64,000 nucleotides of DNA from Candidatus Omnitrophota bacterium (GTDB taxonomy: Bacteria > Omnitrophota > Gorgyraeia > Zapsychrales > JANLHA01), in the NCBI GenBank assembly GCA_040753435.1, contig JBFMEN010000058.1, forward strand, positions 18,817 through 82,816. The letters run 5' to 3'. A program made the translations under genes and the position numbers. Shown piece after piece: positions 26,873 to 36,258 of the stretch. Below the pieces are notes generated by a model. That model saw only the letters and a list, made by a program, of their open reading frames with translations. It was not told the origin of the DNA and made no database searches. Each line of letters opens with the position of its first letter. The stretch's first letter is position 1.

Positions 26873-27667
26873 TTGTTTATGAACGAAGAATATCCTATTG
26901 CCATTTCCGTTCAAAATTTGACGAAATCTTTTAATCGCCGGACAATACTTGAGGAAGTAAACCTCGATATCCGCCGCGGGGAGATCTTTGTTATCATGGG
27001 CGGTTCAGGCTGCGGGAAAAGCACTTTGTTGCGGCTGATGACAGGGGCGATTAAACCCGATATCGGAAAGGTTGAATTCAATAACCAGGACCTGACCATG
27101 TTGTCTGAGGTGGAACTGGAGAAAGTGAAGAGGCGTTTCGGCATGAGCTTTCAAAGCGCGGCCTTGCTTGACTTTATGTCTGTTGAAGATAATGTCAGTC
27201 TTCCTTTAAGGGAACATACCCGGCTAGGAAAGAAGATTATCGATATTATCGTCAGAATGAAGCTTGGCCTTGTCGGGATGCAGGGTTTTGAAAAAATGAT
27301 GCCCAATGAACTTTCGGGAGGGATGCGTAAACGTGTCGGCCTGGCGCGGGCCATTGCAATGGATCCAGAGGTTGTTTTTTATGATGAGCCTTCTGCCGGT
27401 CTTGATCCGATTGCCTGCGCTGTTGTTGATCAATTGATCGTGGACCTCAGCAAAAAACTTTTATTGACCTCAGTCGTCGTCACACATAATATGGACAGTG
27501 TGTTCCGAATCGCAGACAGGATCGGGATGTTATATAGAGGGAGACTGCTTGAAGTCGGGACCCCGGAGCAGATCAAAAATTCATCCAATCCCGTGGTTCA
27601 GCAGTTTATTCAGGGAAAATTGTCCGGCCCCATAGATATAAGGGCCCATGAGGATATGGCATCATAA
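26873..27667 (+). CDS. mlaF: Mla-type ABC transporter ATP-binding protein
   Basis: Walker A (GGSGCGKST), the ABC signature (LSGGMRKRVGLARA), Walker B (VFYDEPSAGLDP) and an H-loop are all present. Confidence 0.85.
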   Translation: MFMNEEYPIAISVQNLTKSFNRRTILEEVNLDIRRGEIFVIMGGSGCGKSTLLRLMTGAIKPDIGKVEFNNQDLTMLSEVELEKVKRRFGMSFQSAALLDFMSVEDNVSLPLREHTRLGKKIIDIIVRMKLGLVGMQGFEKMMPNELSGGMRKRVGLARAIAMDPEVVFYDEPSAGLDPIACAVVDQLIVDLSKKLLLTSVVVTHNMDSVFRIADRIGMLYRGRLLEVGTPEQIKNSSNPVVQQFIQGKLSGPIDIRAHEDMAS

Positions 27668-27678
27668 AGGAGCCAGGT

Positions 27679-28386
27679 ATGAAGATCAACAATGAAATGC
27701 GAATCGGTATATTTTTTGTTTCCGTCATAATTATTCTTGGAATATTGACTTGGCGCGCCGGCGATATCAAAATTCGAAACGGCGGCTATGAGGTCATGGT
27801 GCATTTCAAAAATATCGATGGGGTTGCCCTCAATGCTCCTGTCACAGTTAACGGACTTGAGGTCGGGAGGGTTTCCGGTATCAATATCCTTTATGGGCAA
27901 GAGACTATTATGCAGGTGAAATTATGGATGCAGGATCATGTCAAACTTCATGAAGGAGCGCAGGCTTTTATTAAAAATCTGGGGTTTCTGGGAGAAAAAT
28001 ATGTCGGGCTGACAACGGGTGATGACACAAAGGCTTTTTTAAAGCCCGGCTCGATCATCCGGGGGGATGAGCCTCCGAGTTTTGAAAAACTTTTAAGCCA
28101 GGGAGACAAGATCGCCCTTAATCTGGAAAGCATTTCCACTCAGCTTGACGAACGTCTCAAGAATAACGCCCGGTCCATCGACAGCATTATCCTGAATCTT
28201 GACACGACTGTAAAAGACTTTGCCTCGATTTCGGCAATTATAAAAGAGAGACTGGAAAATAACGGGGGTTCTATCGACGAGATTGTCTCTAACGTTAATA
28301 TGGCCACCAAGAATCTGGAGGAGATGAGTTTTGATTTGAAGGAAAATCCGTGGAAACTTTTATATAAAGGCAAGCCAAGAAAATGA
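27679..28386 (+). CDS. mlaD: MCE-domain periplasmic substrate-binding protein
   Basis: An N-terminal TM anchor is followed by an MCE domain (…YEVMVHFKNIDGVALNAPVTVNGLEVGRV…). Confidence 0.8.
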   Translation: MKINNEMRIGIFFVSVIIILGILTWRAGDIKIRNGGYEVMVHFKNIDGVALNAPVTVNGLEVGRVSGINILYGQETIMQVKLWMQDHVKLHEGAQAFIKNLGFLGEKYVGLTTGDDTKAFLKPGSIIRGDEPPSFEKLLSQGDKIALNLESISTQLDERLKNNARSIDSIILNLDTTVKDFASISAIIKERLENNGGSIDEIVSNVNMATKNLEEMSFDLKENPWKLLYKGKPRK

Positions 28387-28571
28387 AAATGAATTATCAT
28401 TGCCCTGTTTGCCGCATGGATTTTAACAGCGACTTTGAGGATTATATCCATCATGTGGAATCTGAAATCGTTGAATTGATTAAGCGTGATCATCCGGAAT
28501 GGTCGATTTCTGATGGAACTTGTCCCAAGTGCTATAAGTATTATAAAAAGGAATTACGTGGAGAATCTTAA
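28383..28571 (+). CDS. Small zinc-ribbon protein (62 aa)
   Basis: The CPVC…CPKC pairs (MKMNYHCPVCRMDF…SDGTCPKCYKYYKK) are present. It overlaps the mlaD stop by 4 nt (ATGA). Confidence 0.45.
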   Translation: MKMNYHCPVCRMDFNSDFEDYIHHVESEIVELIKRDHPEWSISDGTCPKCYKYYKKELRGES

Positions 28572-28588
28572 ACTGACTGGAGGGAGCG

Positions 28589-29422
28589 ATGAAAAGTGTG
28601 ATGAAAATAATTAAGTGGATCTTGATTGTTGTGCTGGTTTTGATTGTCATTCTGCTGATTGGGCGGAATGTTATTGTGAAACAAGTCGCCAAATTTGTGG
28701 TCAGCGCCAAAACAGATCTGAGCATGGACATTCAGAAGCTTGATATTGGGCTTTTTTCTTCCCATCTGGATGTTCAGGGTCTTAAAATCTATAACCCTCA
28801 AGGGTTCCAGGATCCGGTTATGCTGGACCTTCCAAGGTTGTACATTGATTATAATTTATCTGAGATTATCGGAGGTAAATTACACCTGCCGGTTGTTATT
28901 TTTCATTTGAATGAGTTCGTACTCATTAAGCAGGCCGACGGCACCTCGAATATTGATTCCCTGAAAGAGTTCGGCGGCAAGGAGAAACCCGCTGAACCTG
29001 AACCTGTCGCAAAGCCGGAGGAAGGGAAAGAGCCGATGGATTTTCAAATCGATCAGCTTGATCTTAAAATCGGCAAGGTTGTGCTTAAAGAGTATTCGGG
29101 CAAAGCGAAGCCTTCCGTTAATGTTTATGATATTAACCTGGAGCAGCGGTATGAGAACGTTATCAGCACGCGCAGGTTTGTGACCGCACTGCTTCTGGAG
29201 CACATGAATCAGTTTGTTCTTCAGGCGATCCAAAACGTCGGGCTGGATGAGGTCAGAGGGCTTTTGGGTGATTCCGTTGATGCGATTGGGAAATTCGGGA
29301 AAGAGGCGGTTAATGCGGTAACCGGCGTCGGTAAAGGAGCCATCGGAGAAGCAGAAAAGATTTTAAAAGGTACGAAAGAAGGCCTTGAAAATATTATTAA
29401 GTTGCCTTTTGGCGGTAAGTAA
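28589..29422 (+). CDS. AsmA-like / DUF748-like membrane-anchored protein (putative inter-membrane lipid-transport family)
   Basis: An N-terminal TM anchor (IIKWILIVVLVLIVILLIG) is followed by a beta-rich repetitive domain (…DLSMDIQKLDIGLFSSHLDVQGLKIYNP…LHLPVVIFHLNEFVLIKQADG…). The assignment is tentative. Confidence 0.35.
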   Translation: MKSVMKIIKWILIVVLVLIVILLIGRNVIVKQVAKFVVSAKTDLSMDIQKLDIGLFSSHLDVQGLKIYNPQGFQDPVMLDLPRLYIDYNLSEIIGGKLHLPVVIFHLNEFVLIKQADGTSNIDSLKEFGGKEKPAEPEPVAKPEEGKEPMDFQIDQLDLKIGKVVLKEYSGKAKPSVNVYDINLEQRYENVISTRRFVTALLLEHMNQFVLQAIQNVGLDEVRGLLGDSVDAIGKFGKEAVNAVTGVGKGAIGEAEKILKGTKEGLENIIKLPFGGK

Positions 29423-29424
29423 TA

Positions 29425-30099
29425 ATGAATTTAACAGGAAGTTTTACTGATTTATTTATTGTTTTCACCGCCGGGGTTATCGTTTCATTCACTCCGTGCG
29501 TTTATCCTGTTATGCCGTTGACGGCTGCTTTTATCGCCAGGGCCAATACCACCGGAAGCCATATTCGCGCATTTTTTCTTTCCCTGGTCTTTGTTTCAGG
29601 TCTTGCTGTTACTTACAGCATTTTTGGCATCGGCGCGGCCTTGGCGGGAAAGGTTTTCGGCCAATTCCAGAACCAGCCGTGGATGTACGGGATCATTTCG
29701 GCCCTGCTGTTGTTTTTTGCGTTGATCACCCTCGATATTTTGTCGCTGCCTTATTTCGGCCTTTCCATCCAGAGCAGGATTAAACCAGGGAATATATGGG
29801 CTGTCCTTTTGTTTGGAGCAACCTCTGGCCTTGTCGTGGGTCCCTGCACAGCGCCGATTCTTGGAACAATCCTGATTTATATCGCGGCAAGAGAAAATTT
29901 TTATTATGGCGCTTTCCTGATGCTTTTGTTTTCGTATGGCGTCGGGTTTTCATTGATCCTTGTCGGAACCTTTAGCGGAGCATTGTCGATTTTGCCAAAA
30001 ACAGGCCCTTGGATGATTCAGGTCAAGCATGTGAGCGGATTTATCATTCTCGCGGCTGCATCCTGGTTCTTTTTAAAAGCAATTGGAATAATTATTTAA
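29425..30099 (+). CDS. CcdA/DsbD-family transmembrane thiol-disulfide electron transporter
   Basis: Six TM helices carry the two conserved cysteines in SFTPCVYPVMPL and VVGPCTAPILG. Confidence 0.7.
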   Translation: MNLTGSFTDLFIVFTAGVIVSFTPCVYPVMPLTAAFIARANTTGSHIRAFFLSLVFVSGLAVTYSIFGIGAALAGKVFGQFQNQPWMYGIISALLLFFALITLDILSLPYFGLSIQSRIKPGNIWAVLLFGATSGLVVGPCTAPILGTILIYIAARENFYYGAFLMLLFSYGVGFSLILVGTFSGALSILPKTGPWMIQVKHVSGFIILAAASWFFLKAIGIII

Positions 30100-30101
30100 C
30101 G

Positions 30102-30174
30102 TTTAGGGTTTGGTTTTTTATGAATCATAAATGCAAAAGAACGGGGTCATTTTTTAAACCATAAGCGCTAAACC
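30102..30174. promoter_or_regulatory. Candidate operator motifs upstream of the EndoQ-like gene
   Basis: GTTTAGGGTTT at 30102-30112 and the near-palindromic TAAGCGCTAAACC at 30162-30174; both motifs recur upstream of the adjacent UvrD-like gene. Confidence 0.4.
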
Positions 30175-30186
30175 ACAAACATTTTT

Positions 30187-31470
30187 ATGATATACTTCGC
30201 GGACCTTCATATACATTCCAGATACTCGAGAGCGACCTCAAAAAGTTTGGATCTTGAGGAGCTGGCTTATTGGGCCCGACTGAAGGGGATCCAGGTGATC
30301 GGGACGGGGGACTGCCTTCATCCGGAATGGATGAAAGAGCTGAAAACCAGACTTGAACCCGCGGAACCAGGTCTTTTCAAATTGAAGTCTGCGTATGAAC
30401 GTGATGTGAAACGAAGGTTGCCGGCTGCTTGCCAGGGTGAGGTTAGATTCTTGCTGTCGACGGAGATATCAAGCATTTATAAAAAAGATAATAAAGTCAG
30501 AAAAGTTCATAATGTTTTGTTTTTTCCATCATTTGAAATAGCTGACAATGTCTTCAAGCGCCTGGATCGGATCGGGAATTTACATTCCGATGGAAGACCC
30601 ATCCTGGGGCTGGACGCCAGGGATTTGCTTGAGATCGTTTTGGAAGCAGACGCTTCAAACGTTCTGGTTCCGGCGCACATCTGGACTCCATGGTTTTCAG
30701 TTCTCGGCTCAAAGAGCGGATTTGATTCCATTGAAGAATGTTTTGAGGACCTGACTACCTGTATTTTTGCCCTGGAGACAGGGCTGTCTTCAGACCCATT
30801 GATGAACTGGCGGTTGAGCAAGCTTGATGCCTTCGTCATGATGTCGAATTCCGACGCTCATTCGGCGCCCAATCTTGGACGCGAATCAACGATGTTTGAT
30901 ACAGACCTTTCTTATCCGGCCATGATGGACGCGATGAGAAACAATTCAAAGGGACTTGCGGGAACGGTTGAGTTTTTTCCCGAGGAAGGGAAATATCATT
31001 ATGACGGCCATCGCGCCTGTCACTGCCGGCTCCATCCAAAAGAAACGATTGTTCATAAAGGAGTTTGCCCGGTCTGCGGTCAAGGCGTTACGGTCGGGGT
31101 CATGACCAGGGTTGAAGAACTTGCGGACCATCCCGAGGGCCGGAAATCTCCGCGCGGGCGTCCTTATTACAGTTTGATCCCTTTGCCTGAAATTATAGGC
31201 GCGGCCCGCGGCATGGGTGTCGGCTCTAAATCCGTCCAGGAGACGTATGAGACCGCGCTTCGGGAACTTGGCCCGGAAATGAAGATTTTGATGGAACTTC
31301 CGATTGAAGCTATCGGCGAGGTTACGGGTGGGTTGATTGCCGAAGGCGTCAATCGAGTTCGCCAGGGCAAGGTGAGTATTGCCGCCGGATATGACGGCGA
31401 ATACGGGACCATTAATATTTTTTCTGAACAGGAGAGACAAGGGTCAAAAGGACAGATGACCCTTTTTTAG
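30187..31470 (+). CDS. Endonuclease Q-like PHP-domain nuclease (TIGR00375-type)
   Basis: N-terminal YFADLHIHSRYSRATS (PHP HxH metal site); central Zn finger HRACHCRLHPKETIVHKGVCPVCG; C-terminus …GQMTLF. Confidence 0.65.
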   Translation: MIYFADLHIHSRYSRATSKSLDLEELAYWARLKGIQVIGTGDCLHPEWMKELKTRLEPAEPGLFKLKSAYERDVKRRLPAACQGEVRFLLSTEISSIYKKDNKVRKVHNVLFFPSFEIADNVFKRLDRIGNLHSDGRPILGLDARDLLEIVLEADASNVLVPAHIWTPWFSVLGSKSGFDSIEECFEDLTTCIFALETGLSSDPLMNWRLSKLDAFVMMSNSDAHSAPNLGRESTMFDTDLSYPAMMDAMRNNSKGLAGTVEFFPEEGKYHYDGHRACHCRLHPKETIVHKGVCPVCGQGVTVGVMTRVEELADHPEGRKSPRGRPYYSLIPLPEIIGAARGMGVGSKSVQETYETALRELGPEMKILMELPIEAIGEVTGGLIAEGVNRVRQGKVSIAAGYDGEYGTINIFSEQERQGSKGQMTLF

Positions 31471-31499
31471 TTTTTATTCCCGTTTGTTTAATTAAACTC

Positions 31500-31635
31500 T
31501 AAGCGCTAAACCCGGGATTCTAAACAATTTCAAAATTAGAAATTCAAGATCCGAGCTTTTTATTTTTGATTAAGTTCCGGTCATTGGGTTTTCAGCATTT
31601 GCTATTGTTTAGGGTTTAGAGTCCCTGGTTTAGAG
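31500..31635. promoter_or_regulatory. Candidate operator motif cluster upstream of the UvrD-like gene
   Basis: TAAGCGCTAAACC at 31500-31512, TCTAAAC at ~31520, GTTTAGGGTTTAG at 31607-31619 and GGTTTAGAG at 31627-31635. These are the same GGTTTAG/CTAAACC heptamer and TAAGCGCTAAACC block found upstream of the EndoQ-like gene. Confidence 0.4.
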
Positions 31636-31651
31636 ATTGTGTAATAATTTT

Positions 31652-33163
31652 ATGTTTACAGACCTGAATGAAGATCAGTTGAAGGCTGTTCACAGTCAGG
31701 CGCGAAGTCTGTTGATTGTCGCCGGTCCGGGGACCGGTAAAACCCACACGCTAGTCCGGCGGATCCTGTCCAGGATTCATGCCCTCCCGCCAGCGACGAG
31801 AATTTCGGCGATCACGTTTACAAATAAATCCACGGATGAGATGCGCACGCGCCTGGCCTCGCAAATTTCTGATATGAATAAAATTTTTATCGGGACTTTT
31901 CATCAGTTCTGTTTAATGATCCTGAAAGATTATTTCAACATTTCATTTGCCGTCATTGACAGGGAGGCATGTGAGACCCTGACCGGTTCCATTTGGCCAG
32001 AGTTTCCTATGTCCCGGCGCAAACGAAATCTGGAAGAGATTTCGCGCTGGAAGAACACATCTTTTGATGATCAAATTCCGCCCCTGGTTCATCAATATCA
32101 ACAGGCACTGCGCGCGGGAAAACAGTATGATTTTGATGATCTGCTGTTGGAAACGCTGATCCGTTTGCGAGAAGATCATGACGTGCTTGAACGGGTCAGA
32201 AAAGATTTTTATGATGTGTACATTGATGAGTACCAGGATATCAATTTGCTGCAGCATGAACTGTTGGTCCTGTTGATCGGAGACGATCAATCTATTACTG
32301 CGATCGGTGATCCTGATCAGGCAATTTATGGTTTCCGCGGTTCGGATGTTAAATTTTTTCATTCCTTTACGAAAGACTTCCCCGATGCCGAAGTCCTTTA
32401 TTTGCGCCGCAATTATCGTAACGCATCCGATCTTTTGTCAGCTTCAAGACAGATCATTAAAGTCAGCGGATATCGGGATATCCCCGCCCAGGTCGCATCT
32501 ATTTATCAAAAAGGAAGCCTGGTTATACATTCCGCATTGACGGATAAGGCCGAAGCCGAGTTTATTGTTCATTCGATTGAGAAAATGACCGGCGGAATCA
32601 GCATGTTTTCCCGGGATTCACAAAGAGTCGGGGAGGACGATGAGGGGAAATTTTCTTTCGGCGATATTGCTGTTCTATTTCGCTTGAAAAGCCAGGCGAG
32701 AGAATCGATCAAGGCCCTGGAGAGAAGCGGAATTCCCTTCCATTTTAATGGTCTTATTCGAGAGAATGGGATGGATATCGACGATGATCTTTTTGATCAG
32801 CACTTTGAGGAGGGCGGTTATCAACCGGAAAAGATTTCGTTGATGACTCTGCATGCATCCAAGGGGCTGGAATTTCCTTGTGTGTTTATTTGTGGCTGTG
32901 AAAAGGGCCTGATGCCTTTGAATTTGCTGAAAATGAAATCTGACGATGAGGAGGAGCGGCGGCTTTTTTACGTCGGAATGACGCGGGCGAAAGAACGCTT
33001 GATTTTTACACATGCAAAAAAAAGAATGCTTTATGGAAAGACCTTAAATCCCGAACCTTCCCCATATCTTCAAGATATCGAGGAATCGCTAAAGAATTAT
33101 ACAGCGTCTCAATATTTAAAGAAAAAACAGAAGGCCGATGACGGGCAGATGACTCTTTTTTAA
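31652..33163 (+). CDS. Short UvrD/PcrA-family (SF1) DNA helicase
   Basis: Walker A (AGPGTGKTH), motif II (YIDEYQD), TLHASKGLEF and YVGMTRAKERL are present. At ~500 aa it is much shorter than canonical UvrD (2B domain reduced). C-terminus is …DDGQMTLF. The ATG at 31652 is preferred over the track's TTG at 31637. Confidence 0.75.
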   Translation: MFTDLNEDQLKAVHSQARSLLIVAGPGTGKTHTLVRRILSRIHALPPATRISAITFTNKSTDEMRTRLASQISDMNKIFIGTFHQFCLMILKDYFNISFAVIDREACETLTGSIWPEFPMSRRKRNLEEISRWKNTSFDDQIPPLVHQYQQALRAGKQYDFDDLLLETLIRLREDHDVLERVRKDFYDVYIDEYQDINLLQHELLVLLIGDDQSITAIGDPDQAIYGFRGSDVKFFHSFTKDFPDAEVLYLRRNYRNASDLLSASRQIIKVSGYRDIPAQVASIYQKGSLVIHSALTDKAEAEFIVHSIEKMTGGISMFSRDSQRVGEDDEGKFSFGDIAVLFRLKSQARESIKALERSGIPFHFNGLIRENGMDIDDDLFDQHFEEGGYQPEKISLMTLHASKGLEFPCVFICGCEKGLMPLNLLKMKSDDEEERRLFYVGMTRAKERLIFTHAKKRMLYGKTLNPEPSPYLQDIEESLKNYTASQYLKKKQKADDGQMTLF

Positions 33164-33192
33164 AGCCACAAGTCGCCGGGCCGCATGTTTAT

Positions 33193-33231
33193 GTCACGAG
33201 AATAAAATAATTTTACGTTTGTTCTTGTGAC
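33193..33231. terminator. Putative bidirectional terminator hairpin between convergent UvrD-like and metF genes
   Basis: GTCACGAGAA…(19-nt AT-rich loop)…TTCTTGTGAC forms a 10-bp stem with one G-U pair. Confidence 0.3.
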
Positions 33232-33239
33232 CAGTGACT

Positions 33240-34109
33240 TTACTTGATTTCGTTTAGAATGTCCGCGGCAGGATAATATTTGTTGAGTGTGTAGAAGTGG
33301 ATTCCGGGCGCCCCTCCCGCCAGCAGGTCCTTGCATTGTTCTATGGCAAAAGCCTTGCCAGCTTCAAGGGTTTTCTCAGGGTCATGCTGAATTGGTTCGA
33401 AGATCTCTTTTATACGGGGGGGAATGGTAATATGGTCATGTTTTGAAAATTCCTGCAGCCGTTCGTAATTCGCAATGGGAAGAACCCCTGGAATGATTCT
33501 CGCCGTCACCCCGATATCCGTCAATCTCCGGACATAATTAAAATAAAATTGATTATCCAGAAAAAATTGAGTGATAACAAAGTCACCACCCTGGGCGAGT
33601 TTGTTCTTTAGAAAGAAGGCATCTTTTTCCAGACTTGGAGCCAATGGGTGTCCTTCTGGGAAACCGGCTACTCCAATTCCAAAATGATCGCCAAAGTTAT
33701 GTCTGATAAAGGAGCAAAGCTCGTAACTGAAGCGGAAGTTCTCGGGTCCAGGGGTCCAGCCGGGATATTCTTTGGGCGGATCACCGCGGAGAGCCAGAAT
33801 ATTACGAATTCCTCTTTTTTCGATATCTTCAATGATCGTTTTAATCTGGTTGCGTGTATTAAGCACGCATGTAAGATGGGCAACAGCCGGTATACCAAAC
33901 TGGTCCTGGACATGTTGGGCGATTTCAAATGTTTTATCGCGGTTACCTCCGCCAGCGCCATAAGTACAGGAAATAAAATCTGGTTTCAACTCAGCCATTT
34001 GACCGATTGTCGCCAAAAGATTCTCATAGCCCTTTTCTGTTTTTGGGGGGAAGAATTCGAATGAAAAGGTCCTTGATTTTTTGCTGAATATTGTTGTTAG
34101 TTTTTCCAT
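33240..34109 (-). CDS. metF: 5,10-methylenetetrahydrofolate reductase
   Basis: FSFEFFPPKTEKG…SCTYGAGGG…AVAHLTC…LALRGDPP are canonical MetF motifs. Confidence 0.9.
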   Translation of the reverse strand: MEKLTTIFSKKSRTFSFEFFPPKTEKGYENLLATIGQMAELKPDFISCTYGAGGGNRDKTFEIAQHVQDQFGIPAVAHLTCVLNTRNQIKTIIEDIEKRGIRNILALRGDPPKEYPGWTPGPENFRFSYELCSFIRHNFGDHFGIGVAGFPEGHPLAPSLEKDAFFLKNKLAQGGDFVITQFFLDNQFYFNYVRRLTDIGVTARIIPGVLPIANYERLQEFSKHDHITIPPRIKEIFEPIQHDPEKTLEAGKAFAIEQCKDLLAGGAPGIHFYTLNKYYPAADILNEIK

Positions 34110-34228
34110 AGAAATTTAATAAAACCGTTGTGAATTGGGAACATTATAGCATGCTTTTATCATATGTATAATACATATATACATATTTTTAAATTATGAT
34201 AAGATAAAAAACATTATAGGAGATTATT

Positions 34229-35305
34229 ATGTCTGATTGTGTGTTGGTTACAGGAGCATCCGGATTGATCGGGTCCCAAACTGTAGAGTTTTTTGCGGAA
34301 AAAGGATTCAAAGTCATTGGTATTGATAATGATATGCGCGCTTATTTCTTTGGTCCCGATGGCTCGACCTTATGGCGAAAAGTTGAACTTCAGAAGAAGT
34401 TTTCATCCTATGAACATCATGGTATTGATATTCGCGACAATGAGCAGTTAAAACATGTCTTTGAAGACTTTTCAGGAAACATCAAACTTATTGTCCATAC
34501 AGCCGCACAGCCTTCCCATGACTGGGCCGCGAGGGAGCCTTTGACTGATTTTGGGATTAATGCCTTCGCAACTCTCAACCTTCTTGAACTCACCCGCAAA
34601 CATTGCCCCAGGGCAATATTTATTTTCACCAGCACAAACAAAGTTTATGGAGATACCCCGAATTTTTTGCCATTGATAGAAAAGGAAACGCGTTGGGAGT
34701 TACCGGAAGGTCACCGATTTTTTGATGGAATTGACGAGACCATGAGCATTGATCAAAGCAAACATTCATTATTTGGGGCTTCGAAAGTGGCAGGGGATAT
34801 CCTTGTTCAGGAATATGGGAGATATTTCGGGATGAAAACAGCTTGTTTTCGGGGGGGATGTCTCACCGGTCCGAATCATTCAGGGGCGGAACTTCATGGG
34901 TTTTTATCCTATTTAATGAAATGTTGCGTTGAAAACCGTGTTTACAAAATTTTCGGCTATAAAGGCAAACAGGTTCGAGACAATATCCACTCTTTTGATT
35001 TAGTGAATGCTTTTTGGCATTTTTATCAAAATCCCAGGGAGGGTGAGGTTTATAATAGAGGCGGAGGCCGGGCCAACAGTTGTTCTATTCAAGAGGCAGT
35101 GGCCATTTGTGAAGAGGTTTCCGGGAAAAAACTCCGGACGGAATATGTGGAAACAAACCGTTCAGGAGATCATATCTGGTATATCTCGTCTTTGAGAAAA
35201 TTCATCAATCATTATCCCGGTTGGAGCATCACCATTAATCTAAAGGAGATATTGAAACAAATCCACATGCAGCTATCGAATGACAGCGAAAGGGAAAGAT
35301 TATGA
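34229..35305 (+). CDS. NAD-dependent sugar-nucleotide epimerase/dehydratase (CDP-paratose-2-epimerase-like SDR)
   Basis: Rossmann motif [12 protein letters not shown], an extended-SDR fold, and the catalytic YxxxK region (FGASKVAGD). Confidence 0.6.
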   Translation: MSDCVLVTGASGLIGSQTVEFFAEKGFKVIGIDNDMRAYFFGPDGSTLWRKVELQKKFSSYEHHGIDIRDNEQLKHVFEDFSGNIKLIVHTAAQPSHDWAAREPLTDFGINAFATLNLLELTRKHCPRAIFIFTSTNKVYGDTPNFLPLIEKETRWELPEGHRFFDGIDETMSIDQSKHSLFGASKVAGDILVQEYGRYFGMKTACFRGGCLTGPNHSGAELHGFLSYLMKCCVENRVYKIFGYKGKQVRDNIHSFDLVNAFWHFYQNPREGEVYNRGGGRANSCSIQEAVAICEEVSGKKLRTEYVETNRSGDHIWYISSLRKFINHYPGWSITINLKEILKQIHMQLSNDSERERL

Positions 35306-36243
35306 TTCATCATGAGGACAAAATCTATGTAGCCGGCCATCGGGGGATGGTTGGATCGGGTTTGGTCCGATTGCTTCATGAACGCGGCTTTCAAAACCTT
35401 GTCCTTAAAACCCATGAGGAGCTTGATTTATGTGACCAGAAAGCTGTGGCGGAATTTATGGCGCAAGAGAGACCCGATGTCGTGATTCTTGCCGCCGCTC
35501 GTGTCGGCGGTATCAAAGAGAATATGACCCACCTGGCCGAATTTCTTTACCAGAATTTGATGATTGAGACGAATGTGATCCACCAGTCGTATTTGAATGA
35601 TGTCCGCAAGCTTTGTTTTTTGGGAAGTTCGTGCATCTATCCCCGCGAATGCCCTCAGCCGATTAAGGAAGAATATTTAATGACCGGGCCGCTGGAACCG
35701 ACGAATGAGGGTTATGCTATCGCTAAGATCGCCGGAATGAAAATGGTCGAATTCTATCGTCGTCAATACCATCTCCAATGGATAAGCATCATGCCTTGTA
35801 ATTTATATGGCACGAATGACTCTTTTGATCTGGAAAGATCCCACGTGTTGTCGGCTTTGGTGAAAAAATTTGTGGATGCGGTCGATGACGGGAAAGAGGT
35901 TGTTGAAGTCTGGGGAACCGGTGCGGCCTTAAGGGAGTTTTTGCATGTTGATGACGCCGCAGATGGGATTTTATTTATTATGGATAATTATGATGGGGAC
36001 AAGACCATTAATTTGGGAAGCGGAACAGAAATCTCAATCAAGAATTTGGTGGATTTAGTAAAGATTTTAAGCGGTTATCAGGGCGGGATTCATTGGGATA
36101 ATGAAAAACCAGACGGAATGCTGCGGAAATGTATGGATGTTTCCCGGTTGAAATCTTTGGGGTGGAGACCGAAGATTTCTCTGGAGCAGGGAATCGAAAG
36201 AACGATTAAAGAGTACCGCCGGTTAAAAACCGTAAAGCAATAA
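35302..36243 (+). CDS. fcl: GDP-L-fucose synthase (GDP-4-keto-6-deoxymannose 3,5-epimerase/4-reductase)
   Basis: [19 protein letters not shown]…[14 protein letters not shown]…[35 protein letters not shown]…FLGSSCIYP is near-colinear with E. coli Fcl. Confidence 0.9.
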   Translation: MIHHEDKIYVAGHRGMVGSGLVRLLHERGFQNLVLKTHEELDLCDQKAVAEFMAQERPDVVILAAARVGGIKENMTHLAEFLYQNLMIETNVIHQSYLNDVRKLCFLGSSCIYPRECPQPIKEEYLMTGPLEPTNEGYAIAKIAGMKMVEFYRRQYHLQWISIMPCNLYGTNDSFDLERSHVLSALVKKFVDAVDDGKEVVEVWGTGAALREFLHVDDAADGILFIMDNYDGDKTINLGSGTEISIKNLVDLVKILSGYQGGIHWDNEKPDGMLRKCMDVSRLKSLGWRPKISLEQGIERTIKEYRRLKTVKQ

Positions 36244-36258
36244 AGGAAGGCGTGTCAC

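Noticed and set aside
30102-30114. Telomere-like TTTAGGGTTTAG (Arabidopsis-type) repeat
   Set aside because: It has fewer than two units and is better explained as part of the GGTTTAG operator-like motif shared by the EndoQ and UvrD upstream regions.
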